The translations under genes and the position numbers were made by a program. Of a stretch of 64,000 nucleotides of DNA, positions 11,411-24,599 are shown one piece after another. The notes beneath the pieces are model-generated. The model was not told where the DNA came from, did not search any database, and saw nothing but the letters and a program-made list of their open reading frames with translations. Positions within the stretch are counted from its first letter, which is position 1; each line of letters begins with the position of its first letter. Source of the stretch: Malacoraja senta (lineage: Eukaryota); assembly GCA_038087875.1 (NCBI GenBank), contig JAXLNO010000110.1:124001-188000 (forward strand). The letters run 5' to 3'.

Positions 11411-12580
11411 CTCCTCTTCCCCCTCCCCCCCCACAGCTGACATGGAGCGGGATGGAGAGACGGAATGGCTTTTGTCGGGCTAACTACAAGACAACGTTTT
11501 GTGCAGCCCCTTCCTCAACATCCCATCCCCTCAATCTCACATCTGGAATCAGCTCTAGGAGAATCCATGCTGACATGTCCTTTACACCCCATCAGCTTCC
11601 CGAGAGAGGGAGAGAGAGAGAGAGACAGTGGACTGGGGGAGGGAGAGAGACTGAGGGAGAGTGGGGTGGGTAGAGAGAGAAAGAGGGGGACGGGGTGGGA
11701 GAGAGGGAGTGAGGTACAGGGGTAGGAGAGAGCCTGGAGGGAGGGAGGGGACAGGGGGAGTGGGAGAGGGGAGGGAGAGAGACTGCGATAGATTTGGAGA
11801 GCGCAGGCACTGTATATGGCTGGCGCGCCGACAGCCTGTCCCGTCTTTTGCTTCTTTTGTTACTGTGTTTACTTGTGTGATTTTAGTGTATCTTTAGTTT
11901 TAGTGGAGCTGGCAGTCCCTTTGTTAGGGATCGACTGCGGGAGCTCCAGCCGCAGGAGCTTCGATTGTCAAACGCGGGGGCTTCGATCGCCCCCGACTGT
12001 GGAAGTTTCGATTGGGACAAAGAAGGAAAGAAGGTATAAGTTATTTGCCTTCCATCACAGTGGGGATTGTGGACAGGATGGAGGTGCTGTCTGCGCTGGT
12101 GGGGACTCGGAGTGAGTGCGGTGATCTCGGTGTTTGCGGGGACATGGCTCCGTGAGGACATCCAGGAGTCTGGTGCGAGTGTGGACGGCTTTCCGACTTC
12201 GGGCGGACAGGGACTGCAGAGAGAGTGACAGTGATCGGTACAACTCTGGTCACATCACGGTGAAGGAGCGTGTGTGTGGCCCGGACATGGCTCTGGGTCT
12301 CCGTTTATGCTGTGTGCCCTGGGGATTCTCACACGCCACTGTGGGGGCTGTTTAAGTCTATGTTTGATTTTATGTGGTTATGTTGCTTTTTTGTATGACT
12401 GGTGGCAAATCAAATTCCTTGTATGTTTACAAACTTGGCTAATAAATTAATTACAATTACAATTACAATTAGAGAGAGGGAGCGGGGAAGTGAAGAAAAG
12501 TAGAGGAGAGAAGGAGAAAGGGAGGGGGAATGGAAGAGATGTGGAGAAAGCGGGGGAGAGATAGTGAGAGAGAGAGGGGG

Positions 12581-12643
<63 letters not shown>

Positions 12644-13502
12644 CGAGAGAGAGAGAGGGGAGGAAATTGAGAAAGAGGGCAGAAGAGGAGGAAAAATGGG
12701 GAGAGAGGGTGGTCGAAAGAGAGATTGGGAAGGGCAGCAAAGAGGCATGAAGGGGAGTGTGAGAGAGACAGAGGGTGATGGAGAGGGAGGGAGACAGGAA
12801 GACGCATGGATGGAGGAAGATGTGAGAGAGAGAAATGGGGGAATGAAAAGTGGAGAGCGAGGGGGGAGAGAGAGAGGAGGGGGGAGGATATGAGTATGAG
12901 AGGCAGTGAGGGAGATGAGGGGGGAGAGAAGCAGAGATAGGGATGGGAGGATGTGAGAGACAGGGAGAGGGGACGTGGAGGAGAGGGAGGGAGGGAGGGG
13001 GTTGTGAGAGGAGAGGGGGAGACAGTGAGGGCAGAGGATATATGCACGTGAGAAAGAGGAGGAGCGGAGAGAAAGAGATAGGGATGGAGGGAGATGTGAG
13101 AGAAACGGGGGGGAGGGGGAGAGACAGGGAGGGAGGAGATGCGAGATGGGGAGATAGGTGGAGGGGAATATGTGCTCCTGAGAGAGAGGAGAGGGGAGGG
13201 GAGGGAGAGATGCAGAGATGGGGATGTGAGAGATGTGGGAGAAACAGGGGGGAGCATCAGGGAGGGAGGGAGAGGTACGTGAGAGGGAGGAGGGGTGTGG
13301 GGACGAGGATTGGATGACCCGGACAGGGTGGGCCGTGCGAGACCGGCACAGAGGGGCCGAGTGGCCTGCGGGGCAGCTACACAGAAGCGTGTCACTGAGC
13401 CAGGCACACAGGCTCCTGCCGCCTCACACCTCGCTCTCTCTACCTCCCCTCGTCCTATTCCCCCCCTCCTCTCCCCGTCCCGTCTACCAAGTGCACACTC
13501 AC

Positions 13503-13720
13503 CTGCTAGTGAGGATGGGGCGCTCGATGTTTGACCTGAGTTGTTAGGCAGCAGGGTTATGTAGCCAATACCCCCCCCCCCCCCCCGTCACCCACACCGT
13601 GACGTTAATCACACAGTGACACCTCCACCGCTGCTTCTCGTCTGTGGTTACGAGCTCTCTCGAACCCTCGCCACTGCACGGAAACAATGTCTGCCTGTCC
13701 TCACCCAGTGTGGAAGTGTC
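13503..13720 (-). promoter_or_regulatory. Candidate promoter and short non-coding first exon of the perforin-like gene
   Basis: CAG|GTGAGT donor after 13503. TATA-like TACATAA at 13563-13557. Upstream motifs: CRE-like TGACGTTA (13600), T-box TGACACCT (13617-13624), RUNX TGTGGTT (13643-13649), ETS-type CGGAAA/GGAAGT (about 13679 and 13712). Confidence 0.5.
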
Positions 13721-13839
13721 AAAGACCAGCTCCAAGGTGAAAAGAAGGGGGGGCAACGTTTAAAAGGGGGTTTGAGCTAGGTTTTAGCTTTCGAGGGAAG
13801 GCGAGGAAGGCCCACCTATTCTGCACCGACCAGCGATCC

Positions 13840-14572
13840 AAGTCAAGTCAAGTTTATTCGTCACATACACATACGAGTGCAGTGAGATGAAAAGTGGCAA
13901 TGCTTGCGGATTGTGGAAAAAAACTACAAAACAGAATGGAACAGAATCACATATTCACATATTACATATTTGTGGGAGGAAACAAAGAAGAAAACAGCAA
14001 TTTTTAAAAGACACCACACAACAGTAAATTAGTTCAGTAAAGTTAGTCCCTGGTGAGATATGAGTTTACAGTCCTAATGGCCTCTGGGAAGAAACTCCTT
14101 CTCATCCTCTCCGTTTTCACAGCATGGCAACGGAGGCGTTTGCCTGACCGTAGCATCTGGACCAGTTCGTTGCTGGGGTGGAAGGGGTCTCCCATAATCT
14201 TGTTGGCTCTGGCGTTGCACCTTCTGATGTATAGTTCCTGCAGAGGTGCGAGTATTGTTCCCATAGTGCGTTCGGCCCAACTCACTACTCTCTGCAGAGC
14301 CTTCTTGTCCTGGGCAGTGCAGTTCCCAAACCAAATCGTGATGTTTCCGGACAAGATGCTTTCTACAGCCCCAGAGTAGAAACACTGAAGGATCCTCAGA
14401 GAGACTCTGAATTTCCTCAATTGCCTGAGGTGGTAAAGGCGCTGCCTTGCCTTAATCACCAGTGCTGCAGCGTGTGATGTCCATGTCAGATCCTCTGAGA
14501 TGTGGACTCCCAGGTATTTAAAGTCCACATCTCAGAGGATCTGACATGGGCATCACACGCTGCAGCACTGGT
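13840..14572 (-). mobile_element. Rex1/Babar-type LINE 3' fragment with a 5' fold-back, inserted in a SINE
   Basis: FKYLGVHISEDLTW...QRLYHLRQLRK...SFFPEAIR; (TTGAC)n tail; GATCC at 13835-13839 and 14573-14577. Confidence 0.8.
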
Positions 14573-15508
14573 GATCCCCGCACATTGACACCACCCTGCA
14601 CACACCTGGGGGCAATTTTACACTTGCACCAAGCCAATTAAAATGGGAGTGTGGGAGGAAACTGAAGATCTCGGAGAAAACCCACGCAAGTCACGGGGAG
14701 AGAGTACAGACTCTGGACAGACATCACCCGTAGTCGGGATCGAACCCGGGTCTCTCCCGCTGCGCCACCGTGCCGCCCTTAATGTGTCAGGAGCATCGGG
14801 TAGACAGTCAGAACAGAGGGATCTAGGAGCGCAGGTACATAGTTCCCGGAACGTGGCGTCACAGGTAGACAGGAAGTGTTGTGGAGCAGAGGGATCTAGG
14901 AGAGTGCAGAGAGATTCACCTACGCTAGTCCCACCTGCCTGCGTTTGGCCCATATCCTTCTAACCTTTCCTATATATGTTCCTGTCCAAATGTCTTTTAA
15001 ACATCGTTATAGTAACTCCTACATCTACATCCTCTTGCAGCTTGTTCCATACACCCACCACCCTGTACTTTGTGTGTGAAAAAGTTGCCCCTCAGGTTCC
15101 TATTGAGTCTTTCCCCTCATCTTAAACCAAAGTCCCCTGGTCTTGATTCCTCTAGCCTGGGATAAAGACTCTTGTGACCTAGATAGAGATAAATAAAATA
15201 AAGAGCATGGCTACAATGTATGCACAGAATCTTTTACCTAGAAAGGGGATGGGGGGGGGGGGGGGGGGAGAAAGAGGGAGAAGTTTCAGTTTAGTTTAGT
15301 CATGTGTACCGAGATACACTGAAAAGCTTTAGTTGCGTGCTATCCAGTCAGCGGCCAGACTATAAGTGATTACAATCGAGCCATTTACAGTGTGTAGAAA
15401 CATGATAAGGGAATAATGTTTAGTGCAAGGTAACGCCAGCAAAGTCCGATCAAGGATAGTCCGAGGGCCACCAAAGAGGTAGATAGTATTTCAGCACTGC
15501 TCTCTGGT

Positions 15509-15548
<40 letters not shown>

Positions 15549-15653
15549 AGAGATAGAGAGAGGCAGTGAGAGACAGAGGTGGGAATGGAAAGAAAGTGCG
15601 GGAGAAAGAGGGGAGAGATGGAAGAGGGAGAGAAAATAGGTGAATAAAGAGTA

Positions 15654-15930
15654 GGGTGGCACGGTGGCGCAGCGGTAGTGTTGCTGCCTTACAGCTCAGA
15701 GACCCGGGTTTGATCCTGACTACGGGTGCTGTCAGTATGGAATTTGTACTTCTCCCGGTGACCTGTGTGGGTTTTCTCCGGGTGCTCCGGTTTCCTCCTA
15801 CATTCCAAAGACGTACAGGTTTGTAGGCTAATTGGCCTTGGTAAAACTATTAATGTGCTAGGATCGCAGGTCGGTGTGAACTGTGTGGGCCGAAGGGCCT
15901 GTTTCCAGGCTGTATCTCTAAACTAAACTA
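15654..15930 (+). mobile_element. tRNA-derived SINE (HE1/V-SINE-like); further copies at about 11035-11330, 14573-14780, 18705-18980, 23720-23925, 28915-29212 (-) and 31037-31135 (+)
   Basis: A box TGGCGCAGCGG, B box GGTTTGATCC, conserved central core, CR1-like 3' end GGGCCGAAGGGCCTGTTTC and (CTAAA)n tail. Confidence 0.85.
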
Positions 15931-17039
15931 AAAGAGGGGGGAGTGGGAGAGGGGGAAGCAACATAATTAAGGATGGAGGGGGATGTGTATGTGTGTGAGA
16001 GACGGGGTAGATGGGGATGGGAAAGAACAAAGATGGATGTGTGTGAGTGAGAGATGGCAAGAGACTGGGGGAGTGAGGGAAGGGTATGTAGGAGAGGAGA
16101 GGGAGAATTAGAGGTAAGAAAGAGGGGGAAGGAGAGAGAAATGGAGGGAGAGAGAGAAACGGGAGATAGCGAGGTGTATGAGAGACGGAGAGCAAGATAG
16201 AGGGTAGGGGAGAGAGACAGGGACGGAGAGAGAGAGAGAAGGAGGGAGAGGGAAAGAGGGAGAGAACTGGGAAGGAGGGAGAGAGGCAGAGGGAAGGAGG
16301 GAGAGAGGCAATGGGGAGAGAGAGATAGAGAGGGAAGGGGAAGAGAGAAGGAAGGAGGGAGAGAGAGATAGGAAAGGAGGAAGAGAGAGACAGACAGAAA
16401 CAGTGAGAAGCAAGGAGGGAAAGAAACAGGGTCGAGGGAGATGTATGAGAGGGAGGGAAGGACGACGTGAGAGTGGGGAGGGGTGTGGGGACGAGGACTA
16501 GAGGGGCCGAGTGGCCTGCGAAGCAGTTACACAGATGCGTGTCGCTGAGCACCCAGGCTCCTGCTGCTTCACACCTCCCCGCCTGTGCCTCACTCTCCCT
16601 GCCTTCCGTCCACTCACCCCATCCCGGGACATTCTCTCCCTCCCCCTCTCCCTCTCCCCCTCCCCTTCCTCTCTCCCCCGATAATGCGAGGGGTTGGAGC
16701 AGGCAAGAGGGATTGAGTTTAGTTTATTGTCACGTCTACTGAGGTACAGTGAAAAGCTTTTGTTGCGTGCTAACCAGTCAGCGAAAAGATTACATCATTA
16801 CACTCTAGTCTGAATCATAATCATAATCATATTTTATTAGCCAAGTATGTTTTGCAACATACCAGGAATTTCATTTGCCATACAGTCATACCAATAAAAA
16901 AGAAATAGAACACACAAAATACAGGTCTTAACCCGAAACGTCATCCATTCCTTGTCTCCAGAGATGCTGCCTGTCCCGCTGAGTTACTCCAGCACTTTGT
17001 GTCTATCTTCGGTTTAAATCAGCGTCTGCAGTTCCTTCC

Positions 17040-18120
17040 TACACATGATTAGAAGGATGAGAGGGAATCTTATAGAAACATATCAACTTCATAAGGGATT
17101 GGACAGGCTAGATGCAGGAAAAATGTTCCCCATGTTGCGGGAGTCCAGAACCAGGGGTCTCGGTTTAAAAATAAACGGCAGGCCATTTAGGACTGAGATG
17201 AGGAAAAACGTTTTCACCCAAAGAGTTGTGAATCTGTGGAATCCTCTGGCACAGAAGGCAGTGGAGGCCAATTCACTGGATGTTTTCAAGAGAGAGTTAG
17301 ATTTAGCTCTTAGGAATCAAGGGATATGGGGAGAAAGCAGGAACGGGGTACTGATTTTGGATGATCAGCCATGATTATAATGAATGGCGGTGCTGGCTCG
17401 AAGGGCCGAATGGCCGACTCCTGCACCTATTTTCTATGTCTCTAAAAGGGAACACTCGCCACCTGCCTGGGTGAAGTTAGTCCATGCAGTCTACATCCGC
17501 CAAATTACCTCTCCAGCACCAACGTTTGTACGTTCTTCCTGTGACTGCGTGGGTTTCCTCCGGGTGCTCTGGTTTCCGGAATCAAGGGGACCAACATCCT
17601 GGTGGGAAGGTTTGCTAATGCCACACAGGAGGGTTTAAACTAGATTGGAAGGGGGATGGGATCTCATACAGGAAAGAGGCACGTGAGAGGCTAGAAGTTG
17701 GTATGGAGGGTGGTGAGGGAAATGTTAGTGGACAGAATAGGCAGGTGAAAGGCGGAGAGCGAGGAAGGAGGGTTGGTTTGAACTGGACGTATTTTAATGC
17801 AAGGGGCCTGACAGGTAAGGCAGATGAGCTTAGGGCGTGGATAGGTACGAGTGACTGGGACGTTGAAGGCATGACTGAAACCTGGTTGAGGGAGGGGCAG
17901 GACTGGCAGCTCAATGTTCCGGGGTACAGAAGCTTCAGGAAGGACAGGACTGAGGGAAAAAGAGGTGGGAGGGTTGTACTGTTGGTTTAGGAGGCAGTGG
18001 TCAGATGTGACATTATGGATGGTTCGTCTAGTGAGGCTATATGGGTGGAGCTGAGGAACAAGAAAGGGATGATCACCTTGTTGGGGGTGTACTACACACC
18101 CTGAATAGTCAACGGGAATT
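17040..18120 (+). mobile_element. CR1 fragments (3' end 17040-17430; endonuclease region 17560-18120)
   Basis: FTQRVVNLWN motif; YFNARGL..KADEL...TETWL...FRKDR...RGG endonuclease motifs. Confidence 0.8.
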
Positions 18121-18181
18121 AGGTGTCCACCGGGTGACGCCAGCAGTCTGCTGTCCTTTCCTTCTTTGTGTTCAAATAATT

Positions 18182-20364
18182 CAGGGCTGCCAACATTGGG
18201 TGAGAGTTGAGAGTGAGAAATTGCGAGGGCGCGCAGTGACCGAGGGGGGGGGGGGGGGGGGAGCTTTTGCTTTTTTCAGCTTGAAATTGTGAAATCTGGT
18301 GCATACTGCAGTGAGTCTTACATAGTTGAATGCAACATTTATGCTTCAAATTGGATTAGGTATGAATAAGGTTAGGTTAAATTACATTCCTAATAACATT
18401 CCACAGTAGAGCCAGGCTCTGATCAACAGGTGCAGCACATGAATGACCTTAGTATATTCATATTATATTCAGATATAATTATATTACATTCATAGTATAT
18501 TCAGGTAATTCATGCTGTTATGCATATAGAGAGAGAAACAAAAACATAGAAACAAGGCAAGAGGAGTCAGACTTCCATCACTGTTCTGCACAAATGAATC
18601 AATCAACCTTACCCCTTGACTATAGAAACAAGACGAAAATAATGCCACATATTTAATCGTATATGGTTCAATGAAATTAAGATATAATGTAAAACATATA
18701 TATGGAAACAGGCCCTTCGGCCCACCAAGTCCACACCGACCAGCAATCTACCAAACACCAGTTGTATCCTACACGCCAGGGACAATTTACAGAAGCCAAT
18801 TAACCTACAAACCTGCACTTCTTTCGGATGTGGGAGAAACCGGAATATGCAGAGAAAACCATGTGGTCATAAGGAGAATGTACAAATACTGTACAGACAG
18901 CACCCGTAGTCAGGATCAAATCTGGGTCTGTGGTGCTGTGAGGCAGCAACTCTACCGCTGCACCACCCACCGTGCCACCCCATTAAGTTATTTTTTCTGT
19001 AATATATTTATTATGGTGTCACGTCAATAAAGATTAGCACATGATTCTTAATACTTCCCTTAGTTGGATAACACACCTCTCCAGTCATTGTGTTTTATGG
19101 CTGGTTTTCAACCTCTTCAGTCTGAAGGTCTTGACCCGAAACATCACCTATTCTTTCTCTCCAGAGATGTTGCCTATCCTGCTGAGTTATTCCAGCTTTT
19201 AGTGTCTATCTTCAGTTTAAACCACCATCTGCAGTTCCTTCCTACACTCTTTGTTAAGCGAAACAAGTCCTATTCTCATAATATTATTCACCTCAACTTA
19301 AGTCTTTTCTTCACCTCTGTTGCCGCAGAGAATTCAATCCCAGTTATCAAATCTTTCTTCAAAGTGAAAAAAAAATTCCAGCCCTGCCAATATGTTCATA
19401 AATCGCCCCTGGATCCTCTCCAGAGCAATTGCACCCTTTCTACAGTGTGTCATAGTCTTACAGCATGGAAACAGGCCCTTCATCCCAACTTGTCCTTGCA
19501 GATCAAGATGCCCCATCTAAACTAGTCCCATTTATCCACATTTGGCCCATATCTCTTTAAACCTTGTGGGTGCCAGTGTGCACATAAGGGTGTGTGTTAG
19601 GTTGTGTGTGAGAGTGTGTGTCAGTGAAGCGGCGACTACACCCGGAGTGAGCGGAGACTTGGCGATGTCAGGGGAGCATTTCCCTCTCTCTCCCCCTCCC
19701 CGGGAATGCGGGCCGGCCCAGGTGCTCTGTGTCCAGCTGGGGTCCGGGGGAGGTGAGGGTCAGTGACCCGGGGGTCGGGCATCGGAGCGGAGATATAGCC
19801 CGAGTTTCATCCCCGCGGCTCCGGAGGCGGCACCGACGCCCCACTCACACGGTCCGGGCCGGGGTTAAAACTCCATGCGGTGTGGACAGAGCAGCCGCCG
19901 GAGGTGAGGGTGGGAGGTGTGAGCGGTGCCTCGGGTGGGGGGGGGGGTCGGTTCTGGGACCACCGCCGTGTCTCACCTATCACACCTGCACGGGAATGTG
20001 AATGCGGGTGAGGCAGCATCTATAGAGCAGTAGATGCTGGAGAAATGCTTGAGTCTGAAGAAGGGACAAACTCAGACATAGATGCTGCCTCACCCGCTGA
20101 GTTTCTCCAGCATTTTTGTCTACATTGCCATTTAAAATAATGTATGATGGGCTTAAGCCAATTAAATTGCTCGTTCTTTATGGGAATCCCGCCGACAAAA
20201 CTATTCTCATTGGTGAGTGTGGAGGAGTTTGACTTTTTTATTTATCTAAAATATATTTTAAAATATTTTTTTGAGCGTGAGAACTTCTGTCATCAGCGTG
20301 AGAGCGTGAGAATTTCATCAAATGTGTGATTCTCACGCTCAATGCGTGAGAGTTGGCAGCCTTG
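18182..20364. mobile_element. Non-autonomous hAT-like TIR element, copy 2 (opposite orientation, different interior)
   Basis: 18182-18460 is the reverse complement of about 10185-10509. 20270-20364 is the reverse complement of the 6233 end. TSD is weak (caaataat/taaatagt with a 1-nt offset). Confidence 0.55.
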
Positions 20365-20389
20365 TAAATAGTATGTTTTATTATTTAAA

Positions 20390-22870
20390 TCTTTTTATTT
20401 GCATTTCACAGCAATTTGCATACATACTATGATAACAGACAGTGACAGTCAAGGCATAATTGTGCAACAGTATGTAAGCGACCCTCAAAGCCCCTACCCT
20501 TACCCACCTTCAACCCACCTGAATCAGGTCGGAACCAAACGGGGACAAACAACACTCACATACGTACACATCCACACAAATATGGTAAGATAAACGAAAC
20601 AAAAACTACTTTAAATTTTTTTTTTTTAAATTGGGGTCACTATTAACAGTAAATAAGTAAGTAATTAAATAAATAAGTGTGGGGAGGGGGTGGGTTAAGG
20701 GGAGAGCAGCTGCAGTAGAGCAAAACAATGGTGGAGAACACTCAGTAACTTCCGAGTCCGGTGACAAGTTGAGAGAGTTAACAAGTTCCAAGAAAGGGTT
20801 CGATGTATCTAGGAATGTCGTGGTAGAGCCTTTGAGAGAGAACCTAAGTTTTTCAAGCTTTAAATTGTAAAGCACCTCCTTAATCCAATGGGCGTGTGTC
20901 GGGGGACAGGTGAGCCTCCAGTTAAGCAAGATCAATCTCCGGGCTAACAAGGTTGTAAAAGCTAGGACCCGTTTCACCGCAACAGAGAGGTTGGTGTTGG
21001 GAGGGATACTGAAAATGGCTGACATTGGGTTTGGAGGAATAGTCTGGCTGTAGGCTCTGCTTATCAAGTCGAAAGCACTCCTCCAAAAGGCTGCTAGCTT
21101 AGGGCAAGACCAAAACATATGGCTATGGTTGGCAGGGGATTGATTACATCTGTTGCAGGTGTCCCTAACAGCGGGGTAAATTCTAGATAATCTTGCATTT
21201 GTGTAGTGGACTTTGTGAAGGACTTTGCATTGGATTAGGCCATGACGGGCACATACAATACAATACAATACAATACAATTTATTTGTCATTTGGACCCCG
21301 TTGAGGTCCAAACGAAATGTCGTTTCTGCAGCCATACATTACAAAACGAAGAAGACCCGAGACACAACACAATTTACACATACATCCATCACAGCGCTGT
21401 GATGGAAGGCAAAAAAAACGTATCTCTCCACTGCACTCCCCCTCCCGATGTCAGAGTCAAAGTCAAAGCCCCCGGCGGGCGATGGTGATTGTCCCGCGGC
21501 CATTAAAGCCACGCCGGGTGATGCAAGGTCGCGCACCGGGTCTTGGTGTTAGAGCCCCGGCGTGCGCTCGCAAAGTCCTGCGGCCATTCCAAGCCGCGCG
21601 GGGCGGTGATGTAGAGCCCCGCTCCAGGTGCTCTTCAACCCCGCAACTCGGGTGGGAGAAGTCGCCGCTGCGGAAGCCCCGAAAAGCGGTCTCCCACCAG
21701 GGACCCGCGGGCTTCCAGTGTTGCCGTCCGCCAGACCCGCGGTTGTAGCCTCCGAATCTCCGGGGGTCGGGTCGCAGCCGCGCTCCACCACAGCTCCACC
21801 CGCTCCGGACTCGGCCAGCCCCGTGACGGTGAGTAGTCCGCAGCTCCGCAACTGGAGCCCCAGGTCGTTCCTGCTGGAGGCCGCTCCACGTTGCCCAGCC
21901 CCAATGACAACGGAGACCCGACAAAGAAAAGGTCGGGTCTCCCGTGCAGGGGAAAGATTTTAAAGTTCCCACCCCCACACACATACCCCGACAACAACAA
22001 AAAATAATAAAAACTACATAGAAACGAGACAAAAATAATAAAAAGACAGACGGACTGCAGAGGCCGCTGCTGACGAGAGTCGCGCCGCCCAGCTGTTATG
22101 GAGGAAGAATGGATCAAATCCAAGGCAGAGTCCCATTGCTGGTCTGTTAGTTTTGTATTCAGCTCACCCTCCCACACAGCTTGAGGTATGAGGTTTCAAT
22201 ATAACCGACCCTAGCAAGTTATACAAAATAGAGATGCATTTCTTCCGGTTGGGATCTAGAGGTAAGATGGTATCGGTCAGTGTTTCAGGGGGGCGATTTG
22301 GGAAATGGGGGAATGTCTTCTTCACAAAATCCCTAATCTGGAAAAAACGAAAAAGGTGGGAGTTTGGGAGGCTGTAGTTGGACGAGAGCTCCGCAAAGGA
22401 CGAAAAGATGCCATCCTTGTATAGGTTTTTGATACTACTGATACCGTTGCTATGCCAGGTTTTGAATGCGTGGTCTGTACTTGAAGGTTTAAAGATGTGA
22501 TTTTTAAGCAGTGGGGTCAAGATGGAAGGGCCTTGTAAACCGAAGTTTTTCCTGAGTTGACTCCATATCTTGAGCGAGAGGGACGCAATTGGGCCTGCGC
22601 ACACAGATGTTATAGGAAGGGGGAGTTGGGAGCATAGGACAGACCGCAACGGGAGACGTGAACTCGCCTTTTCCATGTATACCCAGGTCGGTAGGTGGTC
22701 GCAATCATCATTCATCCAATACAGGAGTTTTTGCAAGTTAGCTGCCCAATAGTATCGCCTAAAGTCAGGAAGTGCCAAACCGCCGTCACTCTTAGGAGAC
22801 TGCAGTATCGCTTTTCGGATTCTAGCCGGTTTGCTACCCCATAAAAATTTAGATGTTGTCCTTTCTAATC
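20390..22870 (-). mobile_element. L1/Tx1-clade LINE ORF2 3' fragment, interrupted at about 21253-22095
   Basis: FLWGSKPARI...GGLALPDFRRYYWA and CNRC...HMFWSC zinc-knuckle motifs. Confidence 0.85.
21253..22095 (-). mobile_element. Non-coding GC-rich retroposon with a (TATTG)n tail; related copy at about 11860-12470 (+)
   Basis: Splits the L1 reading frame at SSSI/CARHG. Shares the tttgccttccatcacag motif and an AATAAA-microsatellite tail with 12040-12470. Confidence 0.55.
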
Positions 22871-24599
22871 CAAGGGTTTGGGTTCGTGGAGGGGAGGGAA
22901 GGAGAGGGGAGGGAGAGAATGAGGGGGGAGGGTTGTAGGGAGGGAGGAATGAGGGGAGGGGAAGGAGGAATGAGGAGGGAGGGAATGAGGTAGGGAGGGA
23001 TGGAGGGGAGGAGGGAATGAGAGGGAGAGGGAGAGAATGAGGGGGAAGGAAGGATTGAGGGGGAAGAGGGAGAGAATGAGGGGGCAGGGGAGGGAGGGAA
23101 AGAGGAGGGAGGGAATGAGGTGGGGAGGGATGGACGGGGTGGGAGGGAATGAGGGGAGGGAGAGATGGAATGAGGGGATAGGGGGGAGGAATGAGGGGGA
23201 ATTGGCAAGACATAGTTTAGAGGTGAGGGGGAAGATGTGGCAGGGGGGAGGACATGGAGGGAGGGTGGAGAGGTGTTGGAAGAGGCAGAGGTAGGGTGGA
23301 ATGAGGGGGCCAGATAGTTCAGAGATTGACAGATTCTTGATTAGTACGGATGTCGGGAATTATGGGGAAAAGGCGGGAGAATGGGGTTAGAAGTGATTGA
23401 ATGATGGGCTCGATGGGCCGAATGGCCTAATTCTGCTCAAGTGGAGTGAGTGGCTGAGGGAGGAAGGAGGGGAGGGTAGAGGGGTTAGTGGATGAGTCAG
23501 GGCAGGGGGGAGGGGTAGGGACAGAGGGAACAGGAGGAAGGGGATGTGGAGCGGCAAGTGGAGGGGGGAGGGAGGGGATGAGGTGAGTGGTGGGGGAGGG
23601 GATTGTAGAGGGGGAGAGCAGGTCAGGGTAGGGGAAGGATTGAGGGCATTTGGACAGACCTAATTGGGAAGTGAGGGGGAGGGGAGTCGTTCAAGAGTGG
23701 GGAAGGGGATTGAGGGAGTAGTTTAGTTTAGAGATACAGCGTTGAAACAGGCCCTTCGGCCCACCGAGTCCGCGCCAACCAGCGATCCCCGCACACCAGC
23801 ACTATCCTACACACACGCAGGTCACGGGGAGAACGTGCAGACTCTGTACAGATAGCACCCTTAGTCAGGATGGAACCCGGGTCTCTGGCGCTGTGAGGCA
23901 GCAGCTCTACCCGCTGCGCCACGTGCCGGCCCTATGCGAGTCCCAATTGTGAGGGAATGGAGGCTGGAAGTGACCGGGAGGGGTGCGATAGTGAAGGAGA
24001 AGGAGAGTGGAGGGGGAGAGGGGAAGGAGGGAGTGATGGGGAAGGGAGTGAGTGAGGGGGAGAGGGATTTGGGAGGAGGGAGTGAGAGGAGGGGCGTTGG
24101 GGTGAGTGAGGAGGTTCAGAGTGAGAGGAAAAGTGACGGTGTGGGGAGTGGGTGAGACATGAGGTGGGTGAACCCTCCCCACACCCCCCACACTCTCCTG
24201 CCGCACTCTCCTCCCCCACACTCCCTCCCCCCAAATCCCTCCCCTACACTCCCCCCCACAATCCCCCCCCTCCACACTCCCATCCACACTCCCTCCACCA
24301 CACTCCCTCCACCACACTCGGCCCCCCCACACTCCCTCCCCCACACTCTCCCCTCCCACATTCCCTCCCCCCAGACTCCCTCCCCCCACACTCCCTCCCC
24401 CCACACTGCCTCCCCCCCAACTCTGTCCCCCCACACTCCCTCACCCACACTCTCCCCCTCCCACACTCCCCCCCCATACTACCCCCTCCCACACTCCCTC
24501 CCCCCCACTGCCCCCCCCCACACTCCCACCCCCAACACCCTTCCCCCCACACTCCCTCCCACCTCACACTCCCCCCCCCCCCCATACTCCGCTCCCACC

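Noticed and set aside
15654..15730. tRNA gene
   Set aside because: A and B boxes belong to a multicopy SINE head continuing into core and LINE-derived tail.
6233..20364. One 14-kb transposon bounded by the two TCTCACGC-type ends
   Set aside because: No matching target duplication; internal complementary ends at 10509 and 18182 define two separate elements better.
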